This document shows positions 28,364 to 39,956 of a stretch of DNA of 64,000 nt, piece by piece. The notes under the pieces are model-generated. The model saw only the letters and a list, made by a program, of their open reading frames with translations. It made no database searches and was not told where the DNA came from. The translations under genes and the position numbers were made by a program. How positions within the stretch are numbered: the first letter of the stretch is position 1; each line of letters opens with the position of its first letter. Source of the stretch: Mesotaenium endlicherianum (Eukaryota); the NCBI GenBank assembly GCA_009602735.1, contig WELA01003305.1:728233-792232 (forward strand), in the 5' to 3' direction.

Positions 28364-31300
28364 GCTTTTTGTTTGTGACGATCATCCACCTCCAGTCTGT
28401 TGGCTACTGGTAGTACTGGGGTCCATGCTCAGCCTTCCTCAGTTTACATGGGAACTTGTGGGGAGAGAACATTTGCTGTCCTGCTTCCCTGGCCAAGTAC
28501 TCCCACCTCCTTCTCTCAACTTCATTGTAAGCTGGCAGTAGTGTGAGGTAGAATACCGTATCCTTAAAGCTATCGGGCCGCATGCTCACCATCCTGATGA
28601 GTCTCTGATCTCCCACTGTTCCCGATATTGGGACCGGCTTGTCCTCTGAATCATCTGCAAAGTACCGGGCCTGCTCTGCTGTATAGCCCACCATCTTGGC
28701 ATAATCTTCGTAGAGGACCACACCCGTGTGTGTCTTGATGTACCTATCCAGTGCTGCAGTTCCTTCCCTCTGTAGCAGTGTTGTCTGTTCCAGCTTGTTG
28801 ATCTCCTGGGTTGCCAGCAATGCTTCCTTCAGGTTATCGTAGTTTTGGCCACCCACCACAGTATACCTGTAAGTGGCCAAGCTCTTATGCCTGTCTGCTT
28901 CAGCCTTTCCTTCTCTCCTCCTCTGCCGCTGCCGCTTCTTCTTGTTGTTTCTTCTGTCTCTCCTCCTCAGCTTTCCTGAGGTTTTTCGCTTCCTGATCCT
29001 TCTTCCTCTGTGCTTCTTCTGCCGCCTCTTGTTGTCTGCGGACCCTGTCTTGTTTTCTCCTGGTGAGGGACGTCGCCACCAGCTCCTTCTGGTATTGCTC
29101 CATTGTCCTCCTGGCTTCTTCTGCCTTGCGCTTTCTGTCCTCCTTTTGTGTGGTGGGAGCCATCCTGCACATATAACCAGGGCACAAGTTAGTAGGATAT
29201 CGACCTTTGTCATAGGAATTGCAGGCAGGAAGTATGTTCGTATTCGTATGGTGGATTCGTCTCTGTTTACCTTACCCGGTGATTGCTATGAGTTGACGTA
29301 GTTGCGGTGCGCTAGACATAAACGTATGAATGTGTTTTAAGGTGCGTTATGTGATGTATTGCTGTGCGAGGCCCTTTTTCCTTCTGCCCAAGGTGCTTTA
29401 TGTGGGCCAGGCTGTCCCATCTGTCACTATGCTGACACTTAGGGTTCACATAACTGTCCCTTTCTCGCTCTCACACACTAACTGTCATATATTTTCCCCT
29501 CCAACTTAGATGGAGACGAGACCGCCTGTCACCTTCCCGTGTCACTGAAACGACCGTTATAGAGGGGCTCCAGCCGCCCGAAGGTGGAACCGGTTCAACG
29601 CCCCTTTGGCATTGGTCAAATGGTCCTTAAAGCCCAAGTGTCCCCAGAGGCATCGTAACCCTTCCATCGAATGAGGTACTTCATGACATATTTGAAGGAT
29701 CGACGGACCGAGCAAGCGTCTAAAATCTCCTCAACCTCATATCACTCAGGGTCACCGTCCTGGACAGCAGGGACCGGTCTCGGTTGGACAGGTAACCGAC
29801 CTGTGAACAGTGTGTCCCCTTTGATGTAGGGTTCAAGGAAGGAGGCATTAAAGACCGGGTGACCCTTGTATTCTGCTGACATGTTCAGTTTGTAAGCGTT
29901 TTGACCGACACGGCGCACCACCAAATATGGACCGACCCAGACAGGACCAAGCTTTTTCTTGACCACGCCAGGGAGGTACAGGTGCTGAGAATGCAGTTTG
30001 ACCAAATCGCCCTTAGAAAAGGTCAGTTCTCGACGATGCTGATTAGCATACTTTTGTTGGTTTTCTTAGGCTTTGTGCAGGTTCTGCTGGACTTCTGACA
30101 CGGTGTCAGCAAACTCCTGAGTTAACTGGAGGGAGACCGGATTGTCAATCCCTTTAGGGTGTGTTAAAGACTCCCCTAGGACATCTAAAGGAGACTTAGG
30201 GACTCTACCTAGGCTTAGTTCAAAAGGAGTCTTGCCCGTTGACGCGTGCACCGCACTGTTGACCGCAAACTGGATATGGGGTAACAGGTCATCCCAATTA
30301 TCTTGTTTTTGGTTAATATAGGCTCTCAGTACCTCTAGCAGAACATGGTTAGTTCTCTTAGTTTGCCCATCAGTCTGAGGGTGGTTTGCTGTGCTGAGCA
30401 GCTGTTTGACTCCCATTAACCCCACTTAGAGGTAACTTTCGAGTCTCTGTCTGAGATTATATTAGAGGGTAGCCCATGCTGGCATACTACATGGTTGTAG
30501 AACTGTCTCGCTATTTCAAGTACAGTGACTTTGACAGTTGTGGGGATGAAAATGACCATTTTTGTCTGTTTATCCACAACTACCAGTATCGAATCATGCC
30601 CATTGGCAGTTCGTGGCAGTGTGACCATCCAGTCCATGGATATAGTTTTCCAGCGGCCAGCTGAGATGGGCAGTGATTGTAAAAGGCCCCCCGATGGTGT
30701 GTGCCAAGACTTATTCTTTTGACACTGGTCACAGTACTTAACGTATCTCAAGACCTCCTGGGGAAATCCCTCCCAATGATAATGTTTTGCTAGTTTGCCA
30801 ACAGTTTTGGCCTGCCCCAAATGCCCACCCAGTAAACTGTCATGTGCTTGACTCAATAAAAAGGACCTTATTTCCAAGTTGTTAGGAATGACCAGCTTCA
30901 GCCTGCCTGAAGTGGTTTCAGTCACCCAGACCCCTCCCTTAAGCTTATACCCGAGTGCAGTAGCACGACACATACCGGTAGTGGGGCTGGGCTCAAATGT
31001 TGGGTCAGAAAGGTAGGCTTTCCTAAGTTGTTCAAGGAAGGACTTTTTCACCTTTACTGAAGTGAGTGCTCACAGGATTTCATCTACAGCATGCTGACTA
31101 AAGTTCCTTTCTTGCAAGTCAGGTCTTCTAGAGAGTGCATCAGCAGGATTTAACATTCCTGGTTTGTAGTCAATCTGGACTTGAAACTGCTCCAGCATCT
31201 GGCTCCAGCGGTTCTCCCTCCTCGACAGCTTGGATTTATCCTGAAAGTGAGTCAGAGCTAGATGATCTGTAATCATCTGAAAAGCTTTACCATGTAAGTA

Positions 31301-32645
31301 TGCTCTCCACTGTTTGAGCACATGAATGATAGCTAGCAACTCGTTATCATGCACTGAGTAATTAATCTCCGCTGGATTAAATTTCATAGACTCATACAAC
31401 ACAGGATGCCACTCCTGCTATACCTTACCATCCTTTGTGATTTTGTCAGCAGGCTGCAACAAAATAGCACCCATGGCAAAGTCAGAGGCATCAATGACCA
31501 CCTGCACCGGTTTGCTGGGGTCATACACGGCTAGCACTGGGGCCGAACAAAGGGCATCTTTAAGGGTCTCGAAGGCAGCTTGCTGCTCTTCCTCCCACAC
31601 ATACCCTATGTCTTTCTTAGTAAGGTCAGTCATCTTACTGGCCTTTGTAGAATAATTCTCAATAAATCTCCTATAGTAGTTAGCCAACCCGAGGAAGGAT
31701 CTAACTTCAGAGACAGACTGTGGCACTGGCCAGTCCCTTATGGTCTGGACTTTCTTAGGATCCACACTGATGCCTTCTTTACTGACAACGTGGCCTAAGA
31801 ATTCAATACTTTCCTCAAAGAAATCACACTTGCTCATTTTAGCATATAAGTTATTTTTTTCTCAGAGTGTCCATGACTGTGTTCAAGTGTTCAGCGTGCT
31901 GAGCTTCATCTTTAGAGAAAATTAAAATATCATCCAGGAAAACTTGCACAAACTTATCCAAATAAGGTCTGAAAATGTCATTCATAGCACCCATGAAGGT
32001 CGCAGGAGCATTAGTCAGTCCAAATGGCATCACGTTGAACTCATAGTGTCCATAACGTGTGCGGAAGGCAGTCTTGTGTTCATCCCCCTCAGCAATTCTG
32101 ATTTGATGATAACCACTCTTGAGATCTATCTTACTGAATACCTTAGCGCCAGACAGGGTATCGAGCAAATCCTCGATTCTGGGTAAAGCATACTTGTTCT
32201 TTATTGTAATTTTGTTCAGGGCTCTGTAATCCACACACATCCGCATACTGCCATCCTTTTTCTTAACAAATAGGATGGGTGCGCCGTAAGGTGATTTACT
32301 GGGAGAAATATAACCATTTTCCTCAAGCTCTGCAATCTGTGTTTTCAACTCCTCGCTCTCCAAATAAGACAAGCCATAAGTGCGTTGCCAGGGTGGCTGG
32401 CTACCAGGTAATAGATCAATCCTATGATCTACTTCTCTTTTAGGGGGTAGTCCTGGAGGCATATTAAACACATCCGTGTACTGAGCAACAATGTTTGCAG
32501 CAGTAGGGTGTTCCGGAGGGTGTACCTTTTTCTCAACCACTTCTTCAGGTTGAGGAGGTACCTCTCTTAGCAGCAGACAGAACATTCTGTCTTCCTTCTG
32601 GTTCCAGCTTTTGACGAACTCCATTGCATTCAGCAACTTGCATCC
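28364..32645 (-). mobile_element. Chromovirus element D, copy D1: fragment with RT-RH-INT-chromodomain and the 5' part of the extra ORF; inverted duplicate of D2
   Basis: RT with FLDDILIF at 31851-32636, RNase H 31070-31402, integrase 29742-31051, chromodomain YEVEEILD..YLIRWKGYDASGDTW at about 29630-29745, extra ORF from about 29163 down to 28364. No LTR at either end. Confidence 0.9.
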
Positions 32646-33805
32646 TTCTGTCTGCTGCTAAGACAGGTACCTCCTCAACCCGAAGAAATGGTGGAGAAAA
32701 AGGTAAGCCCTCCGGAGCACCGTACTGCTGCGAAAATTGTTGCTCAGTACACGAATGTATTTAATATGCCTCCAGGACTACCCCCTAAGAGGGAAGTAGA
32801 TCATAGGATTGATTTATTACCTGAGAGTCAGCCACCCTGGCAACGTACTTATAGCTTGTCTTATGTGGAGAGCGAGGAGTTGAAAACACAGATTGCAGAG
32901 CTTGAGGAAAATGGTTATACTTCTCCAAGTAAATCACCTTACGGCGCACCCATCCTATTTGTTAAGAAAAAGGATGGCAGTATGCGGATGTGTGTGGATT
33001 ACAGAGCCCTGAACAAAATTACAATAAAGAACAAGTATGCCTTACCCAGAATCGAGGACTTGCTTGATACCCTGTCTGGTGCTAAGGTGTTCAGTAAGAT
33101 AGATCTCAAGAGTGGTTATCATCAAATCAGAATTGCTGAGGCGGATGAACACAAGACTGCCTTCCGCACACGTTATGGACACCATGAGTTCAACGTGATG
33201 CCATTTGGACTGACTAATGCTCCTGCGACCTTCATGGGTGCTATGAATGACATTTTCAGACCTTATTTGGATAAGTTTGTGCAAGTTTTCCTGGATGATA
33301 TTTTAATTTTCTCTAAAGATGAAGCTCAGCACGCTGAACACTTGAACACAGTCATGGACACTCTGAGAAAAAAATAACTTATATGCTAAAATGAGCAAGT
33401 GTGATTTCTTTGAAGAAAGTATTGAATTCTTAGGCCACGTTGTCAGTAAAGAAGGCATCAGTGTGGATCCTAAGAAAGTCCAGACCATAAGGGACTGGCC
33501 AGTGCCACAGTCTGTCTCTGAAGTTAGATCCTTCCTCGGGTTGGCTAACTACTATAGGAGATTTATTGAGAATTATTCTACAAAGGCCAGTAAGATGACT
33601 GACCTTACTAAGAAAGACATAGGGTATATTTGGGGGGGAAGAGCAGCAGGCTGCCTTCCAGACACTTAAAGTTGCTCTTTGTTCTGCCCCAATGCTAGCC
33701 GTGTATGACCCCAGCAAACCGGTGCAGGTGGTCATTGATGCCTCTAACTTTGCCATGGGTGCTATTTTGTTGCAGCCTGCTGACAAAACCACAAAGGATG
33801 GTAAG

Positions 33806-34306
33806 TGTAGTGAAACAAATAGATAAAGTACTTAGTAAAACAGAATACTTTATCTATTCAAGACAAGGATCTTTGAACACAAGTGGTAGCTTCTTGAAAG
33901 AGAGATGGCTTCTTGAAAGTTAATATATTTCTGGATTTTGGCAAGTACAAGAGTGATTCTCCAATGTCTTTCTATGTTCTAGCTCTTGTTTATATACTTG
34001 CTACATAAGTAATTTCTAGGAAGGTGTATGTTGATGTGTTGGCACCCAACACATCCCAAAACTTGCCACCTCTTTCTAGAATAATGTACACATGTCCTTT
34101 TGACCTAAAAATGGCACATCTTACTTTTGCCACATGGAGTTCTTCTAGGTCTTTCCTCTAACTTCGAAAATGCCTTGGAAGGTTCAAAGGACATGAACCA
34201 AGTTACTAGAGTACCTATTCACACTTGAATCCACACAATACTACTCCAAATATATTTGAAGACATTAAAATATATGCATACTAATATATAATAACTCAAA
34301 TCACTA
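33806..34306 (-). mobile_element. Solo LTR of family A inserted in the RNase H region of D2
   Basis: Homologous to 16739-17235 and absent from copy D1. The last bases and right TSD appear lost in a deletion of about 10 bp with TA microhomology. Confidence 0.88.
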
Positions 34307-36999
34307 TAGCAGGAGTGGCATCCTGTGTTGTATGAGTCTATGAAATTTAATCCAGCGGAGATTAATTACTCAGTGCATGATAACGAGTTGCTAGCTATCA
34401 TTCATGTGCTCAAACAGTGGAGAGCATACTTACATGGTAAAGCTTTTAAGGTGATTACAGATCATCTAGCTCTGACTCACTTTCAGAAAAAGTCCAAGCT
34501 GTCGAGGAGGGAGAACCGCTGGAGCCAGATGCTGGAGCAGTTCCAAGTCCAGATCGACTACAAACCAGGGAAGTTGAATCCTGCTGATGCACTCTCTAGA
34601 AGACCTGACTTGCAAGAAAGGAACTTTAGTCAGCATGCTGTAGATAAAGTCCTGTGTGCACTCACTTCACTAAAGGTGAAAAAGTCCTTCCTTGAACAAT
34701 TTAGGAAAGCCTACCTTTCTGACCCAACATTTGAGCCCAGCCCCACTACCGGTATGTGTCGTGCCACTGCACTCGGGTATAAGCTTAAGGGAGGGGTCTG
34801 GGTGACTGAAACCACTTCAGGCAGGCTGAAGCTGGTCATTCCTAACAACTTGGAAATAAGGTCCTTTTTATTGAGTCAAGTACATGACAGTTTACTGGGT
34901 GGGCATTTGGGGCAGGCCAAAACTGTTGGCAAACTAGCAAAACATTATCATTGGGAGGGATTACCCCAAGAGGTCTTGAAATACGTTAAGTACTATGACC
35001 AGTGTCAAAAGAATAAGTCTTGGCACACACCACCGGGGGACCTCTTACAACCGCTGCCCATCCCAGCTGACCGCTAAGAAACAATATCCATGGACTGGGT
35101 GGTCACACTGCCACGAACTGCCAATGGGCATGATTCGATACTGGTTGTTGTGGATAAACTGACAAAAATGGTCATTTTTATCCCCACAACTGTCAAGGTA
35201 TTTGCACTCGAAACAGCGAGACAGTTCTACAACCATGTAGTATGCCAACATGGACTACCCTCTAATGTAATCTCAGACAGAGACTCGAAATTTACCTCTA
35301 AGTTCTGGAGGGCTTAAGTGGGGTTAATGGGAGTCAAACAGCTGCTCAGCACAGCAAACCACCCTCAGACTGATGGGCAAACTAAGAGAACTAACCATGT
35401 TTCTGCAAGAGGTACTGAGAGCCTATATTAACCAAAAACAAGATAATTGAGATGACCTGTTACCTCAAATCCAGTTTGCGGTCAACAGTGCGGTGCACGC
35501 GTCAACGGGCAAGACTCCTTTTGAACTAAGCCTGGGTAGAGTCCCTAAGTCTCTTTTAGATGTCCTAGGGGAGTCTTTAACTCACCCTCAAGTGATTGAC
35601 AATCTGGTCTCCCTCCAGTTAACTCAGGAGTTATCTGACACCCTGTCAGAAGTCCAACAGAACCTGCACAGAGCCCAAGAAAACCAACAAAAGTATGCTA
35701 ATCAGCACCGTCGAGAACTGACCTTTTCTTAAGGCCTTTTGGTCTAACTGCATTCTCAACACCAATACCTCCCTGGTGTGGTCAAGAAAAGCTCGGCCCT
35801 GTCTAGGTCGGTCCATATTTGGTGGTGCGTTGTATCGGTCAGAATGCTTACAAACTGAACATGTCAGCCGAATCTAAGGGTCATCTGATCTCTAATGTCT
35901 CCTTCCTGGAACACTACATCAAAGGTGATACACTGTTGCCATGTCGGTTACCTGTCCAACCGGGACCGGTCCCCGCTGTCCGAGACGGCAACCCTGAGGA
36001 ATATGAGGTTGAGGAGATTTTAGACGCGCGCTCGGTCCGTTGATCGTCAAAATCTGTCATGAAGTACCTCATTTGATGGAAGGGTTACGATGCCTCTGGG
36101 GACACTTGGGAATTTAAAGACCATTTGACTAATGCCAAAGGGGCGTTGAAACGGTTCCACCTTCGGGCGGCTGGAGCACCTCCCTTACAGTCATTTCAGT
36201 TGACACGGGAAGGTGACAGGAGGTCCTTTCTCGATTTAAGTTGGAGGGGAAAATATGACAGTTAGTATGCGAGAGCGAGAAAGGGACAGTTATGTGAACC
36301 CTAAGAGTCTGCATAGTGACAGAGGGGACAGCCTGGCCCACATGAAGCACCTTTAGCTGAAGGAAAAAGGAAAACACATTCATACGTTTATGTCTAGCAC
36401 ATTGCAATCACGTCAACTCCTAGGAATCACCTTGTAAGGTAAACGAGAACGAATATACCATATTAATACGAACTTATTCCCTGCCTGCAACTTCTAGGAC
36501 AAAGGCCGATATCCTACTAACTTGTGCCCTGGCTACATGTGCAGAATGGCTCCCACCACACAAAAGGAGGACTGAAAGCGCAAGGCAGAAGAAGCCAGGA
36601 GGACAATGGAGCAATACCAAAAGGAGCTGGCGGCGATGTCCCTCACCAAGAGAGAACAAGAAAGGGTTCGCAAACAACAAGAGGCGGCAGAAGAAGCACA
36701 GAGGAAAATGGGTCAGGAAGCGGAAATTCTCAGGAAAGCTGAGGAGGAGAGACAGAAGAAACAACAAGAAGAAGCGGCAGCGGCAGAGGAGGAGAGAAGG
36801 AAAAAGGCTGAAGCGGACAGGCAGAAGAGCTTGGCCACTTACAGGTATACTGTGGTGGGTGGTGTCGTGCGTTCCGAGGTCGAGTACGCACCATAGGCAT
36901 AAACCACACATTACAGGCAAGCAAGCTTTGCTGCAATGGAGTCTATAATACATGTTGCGTTACAGCCAAAAAGGGAGTCAAGTCAAAAATGTTTTAATT

Positions 37000-38501
37000 G
37001 CACCTCAAGACTGTAATCTGGAAGGAAAACAACTAATGAAGTATGGCCCAAAAGATCACTGGAAGCACATCATGATCTTCAGAGTAGTCCTATGGCAAGG
37101 GTTTAAGCTGTGACTTTGCTCACCAGGTTTAGGCCCTGGCTGTGCGCAGCCGTGCTCGGACCGTCGACACCGCGATCAATCATCCGGCCGCGTGGCGCAG
37201 TCGGGATAGCCCCCCCCTGACTGAGGGTGGCTGCTCCGACCGCCAGATCTGTGCTGGCCAAGCCGGGCCATGCGCGCGCGCCAAGTGGCGGCACGTGCGC
37301 GGCAGGGGCTGAGCCCTGGATGTGCGCAGCTGCGGGTGCGCTGTCGGCGCTTTTGCCGGCAACCCGGCCGCATAGCGCAGTCAGGACCCCCCCTGCTGAC
37401 CGAGGGTGGCGGCCGCTGCGGCCGTCGCTGCGCTGGCCGTGCNNNNNNNNNNNNNNNNNNNNNNNNNNNNNNNNNNNNNNNNNNNNNNNNNNNNNNNNNN
37501 NNNNNNNNNNNNNNNNNNNNNNNNNNNNNNNNNNNNNNNNNNNNNNNNNNNNNNNNNNNNNNNNNNNNNNNNNNNNNNNNNNNNNNNNNNNNNNNNNNNN
37601 NNNNNNNNNNNNNNNNNNNNNNNNNNNNNNNNNNNNNNNNNNNNNNNNNNNNNNNNNNNNNNNNNNNNNNNNNNNNNNNNNNNNNNNNNNNNNNNNNNNN
37701 NNNNNNNNNNNNNNNNNNNNNNNNNNNNNNNNNNNNNNNNNNNNNNNNNNNNNNNNNNNNNNNNNNNNNNNNNNNNNNNNNNNNNNNNNNNNNNNNNNNN
37801 NNNNNNNNNNNNNNNNNNNNNNNNNNNNNNNNNNNNNNNNNNNNNNNNNNNNNNNNNNNNNNNNNNNNNNNNNNNNNNNNNNNNNNNNNNNNNNNNNNNN
37901 NNNNNNNNNNNNNNNNNNNNNNNNNNNNNNNNNNNNNNNNNNNNNNNNNNNNNNNNNNNNNNNNNNNNNNNNNNNNNNNNNNNNNNNNNNNNNNNNNNNN
38001 NNNNNNNNNNNNNNNNNNNNNNNNNNNNNNNNNNNNNNNNNNNNNNNNNNNNNNNNNGCACCTCAAGACTGTAATCTGGTAGGAAAACAACTAATGAAGT
38101 ATGGCCCAAAAGATCACTGGAAGCACATCATGATCTTCAGAGTAGTCCTATGGCAAGGGTTTAAGCTGTGACTTTGCTCACCAGGTTTAGGCCCTGGCTG
38201 TGCGCAGCCGTGCTCGGACCGTCGACACCGCGATCAATCATCCGGCCGCGTGGCGCAGTCGGGATAGCCCCCCCCTGACTGAGGGTGGCTGCTCCGACCG
38301 CCAGATCTGTGCTGGCCAAGCCGGGCCATGCGCGCGCGCCAAGTGGCGGCACGTGCGCGGCAGGGGCTGAGCCCTGGATGTGCGCAGCTGCGGGTGCGCT
38401 GTCGGCGCTTTTGCCGGCAACCCGGCCGCATAGCGCAGTCAGGACCCCCCCCTGCTGACCGAGGGTGGCGGCCGCTGCGGCCGTCGCTGCGCTGGCCGTG
38501 C
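37000..38501. other. Assembly gap (N 37443-38057) flanked by a near-identical 443-bp duplication
   Basis: 37000-37442 recurs at 38058-38501 with one substitution and one homopolymer length difference seen. This is typical of unmerged overlapping contig ends. Confidence 0.8.
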
Positions 38502-39956
38502 GAGACTGCGCGCACGCGCCACTTGGCAACGCGTGGGTGTAGCTGCTGTGTGCAGCTGCAGCTGCCGCTGTGACGACGTCGTGGCGTCGCCGGGTGCGCC
38601 GTGGACCTGGCAGCGCAATGCGCTAGGCGCGCGTGTGATCTCCGCGTTGGCCTCCGCGTTGGCCTCCGCGTTGGCCTCCACGAGGGCGTCGCTGATGTCG
38701 TCAAAGCTGCAGTAGTCGGCTCCAGGAATCAATGCGGCGTTCGTCGTGGCCGTAGCTGCTGTCATCGCGGGGCGGCCACCCGTACGAGGGTTGTGTGCGC
38801 CTCGCTGTCCTGCTGAAGGCGTAGGGCCGTCGCGAGCGCGTCCATTCTCGACGTCGCGCTTCTTCTGCAGATAGACGATCTGCAGGTGACCGGCCTTGCC
38901 ACAATAGGTGCAGTCGCCGGGCTTGCCATTCTGCGCGAGAGTGCAGTTCTGGCGTGAGTGGCCCGTCTTCCCGCAGGACCAGCAGGGATCGCTCGTAGTG
39001 GCAGCCATGGAAATGCGGCCACGCGTAGCTCCGCGCTGCTGTGTCTGCTGGGGCAGCTGAGAGCGCTGAGGCTGCTGCTACTGCGATTGGGGCTGGCGGG
39101 CAGGCGTCGTGCGCGTCATAGAAGACGGCAGCGCTGAGGCCTCCTGGCGCACGCCCGTGGATGCTAAGCCCACACGATCGCTAATGTTGCTCCTTGCGGC
39201 GGCCAAGCTCTGCTTCTCAACGGAGAGGTAGGCCTGCTCCAGAGAATACTCTGAACCGTGGCGGTCGATGAGGGGGACTACGGCCCTCTCCCTCAGACGC
39301 GGCTCGACGGCGCGCAAGAAGATCTCCGCGGCCTCTCGGTTAGTGACAGTGCCGACATCGCGGCGGAGGTGCACCAAGCGGCGGTACATCATGCGGATAG
39401 TCTCGTTCTTGCGTCGGAAGAAATGGTGCAGTTCGTACACCTTCTCTTCAGTTGCAGCCTGGAACTCTGTCTCCAGGATGTTCCAGAAGGCTTGCACTGG
39501 ATCAGCTAGCAGGGTCGCCACTGGTGGGTCACCCACAAGCTCAGTGCGGGTGCGGAGCTCGGCCTCCTTCTCACGGAAGGTGTCGCGGGCCTCGTGCGAG
39601 AGGTAGCGCAGAAGCGTATCGAAGACGTCGCGCTTAGTCAGCGTGGGTGTCTTGAGCTTTGCAGCCGCGAAGTCAGCCTGAAACTCCGAGATGGTATCTT
39701 CCAGATCACAGGTGCCTGGCCTACCGCTGAAGCGGTAGGCAGACCTGTCAGTCCTGACCTCGTGGTCACCTGCCATGGGATACCAGAAATCGTAGTGAGC
39801 CCACTGGGGAGATGGCTCAGAAGCAACTGCTGTGTGCTGGAGAGCTGGTTGCTCTTCTTCGGCAGGTTCAGTGATAGTGCTGATATCTGAGTCTGAGTCT
39901 TCCCCACTAATCCCTTCGTAGTATGGTTGATAAGAGAGCCCACTACAAGTAGGCAT
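38439..39956 (-). pseudogene. gag of element E with two zinc knuckles
   Basis: ORFs 39956-39078 and 39008-38439 are in frame across one TAG in a Gln-rich linker. Knuckles CWSCGKTGHSRQNC and CTYCGKAGHLQIVY (last Cys altered). Confidence 0.8.

Noticed and set aside
33365..33380. Programmed frameshift at the A7 run shared by D1 and D2
   Set aside because: It falls inside RT, where programmed shifts are not expected; homopolymer slippage before duplication explains it.
37000..38501. Real tandem duplication in element E, and the X-rich ORFs of 220-314 aa
   Set aside because: Near-identical copies abut an N gap, and the ORFs exist only because Ns contain no stop codons.
39075..39083. Programmed stop-codon readthrough in the E gag (CAG TAG CAG)
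   Set aside because: It lies in a CAG-rich linker of a defective copy and does not match the CARYYA context; a C-to-T mutation is simpler.
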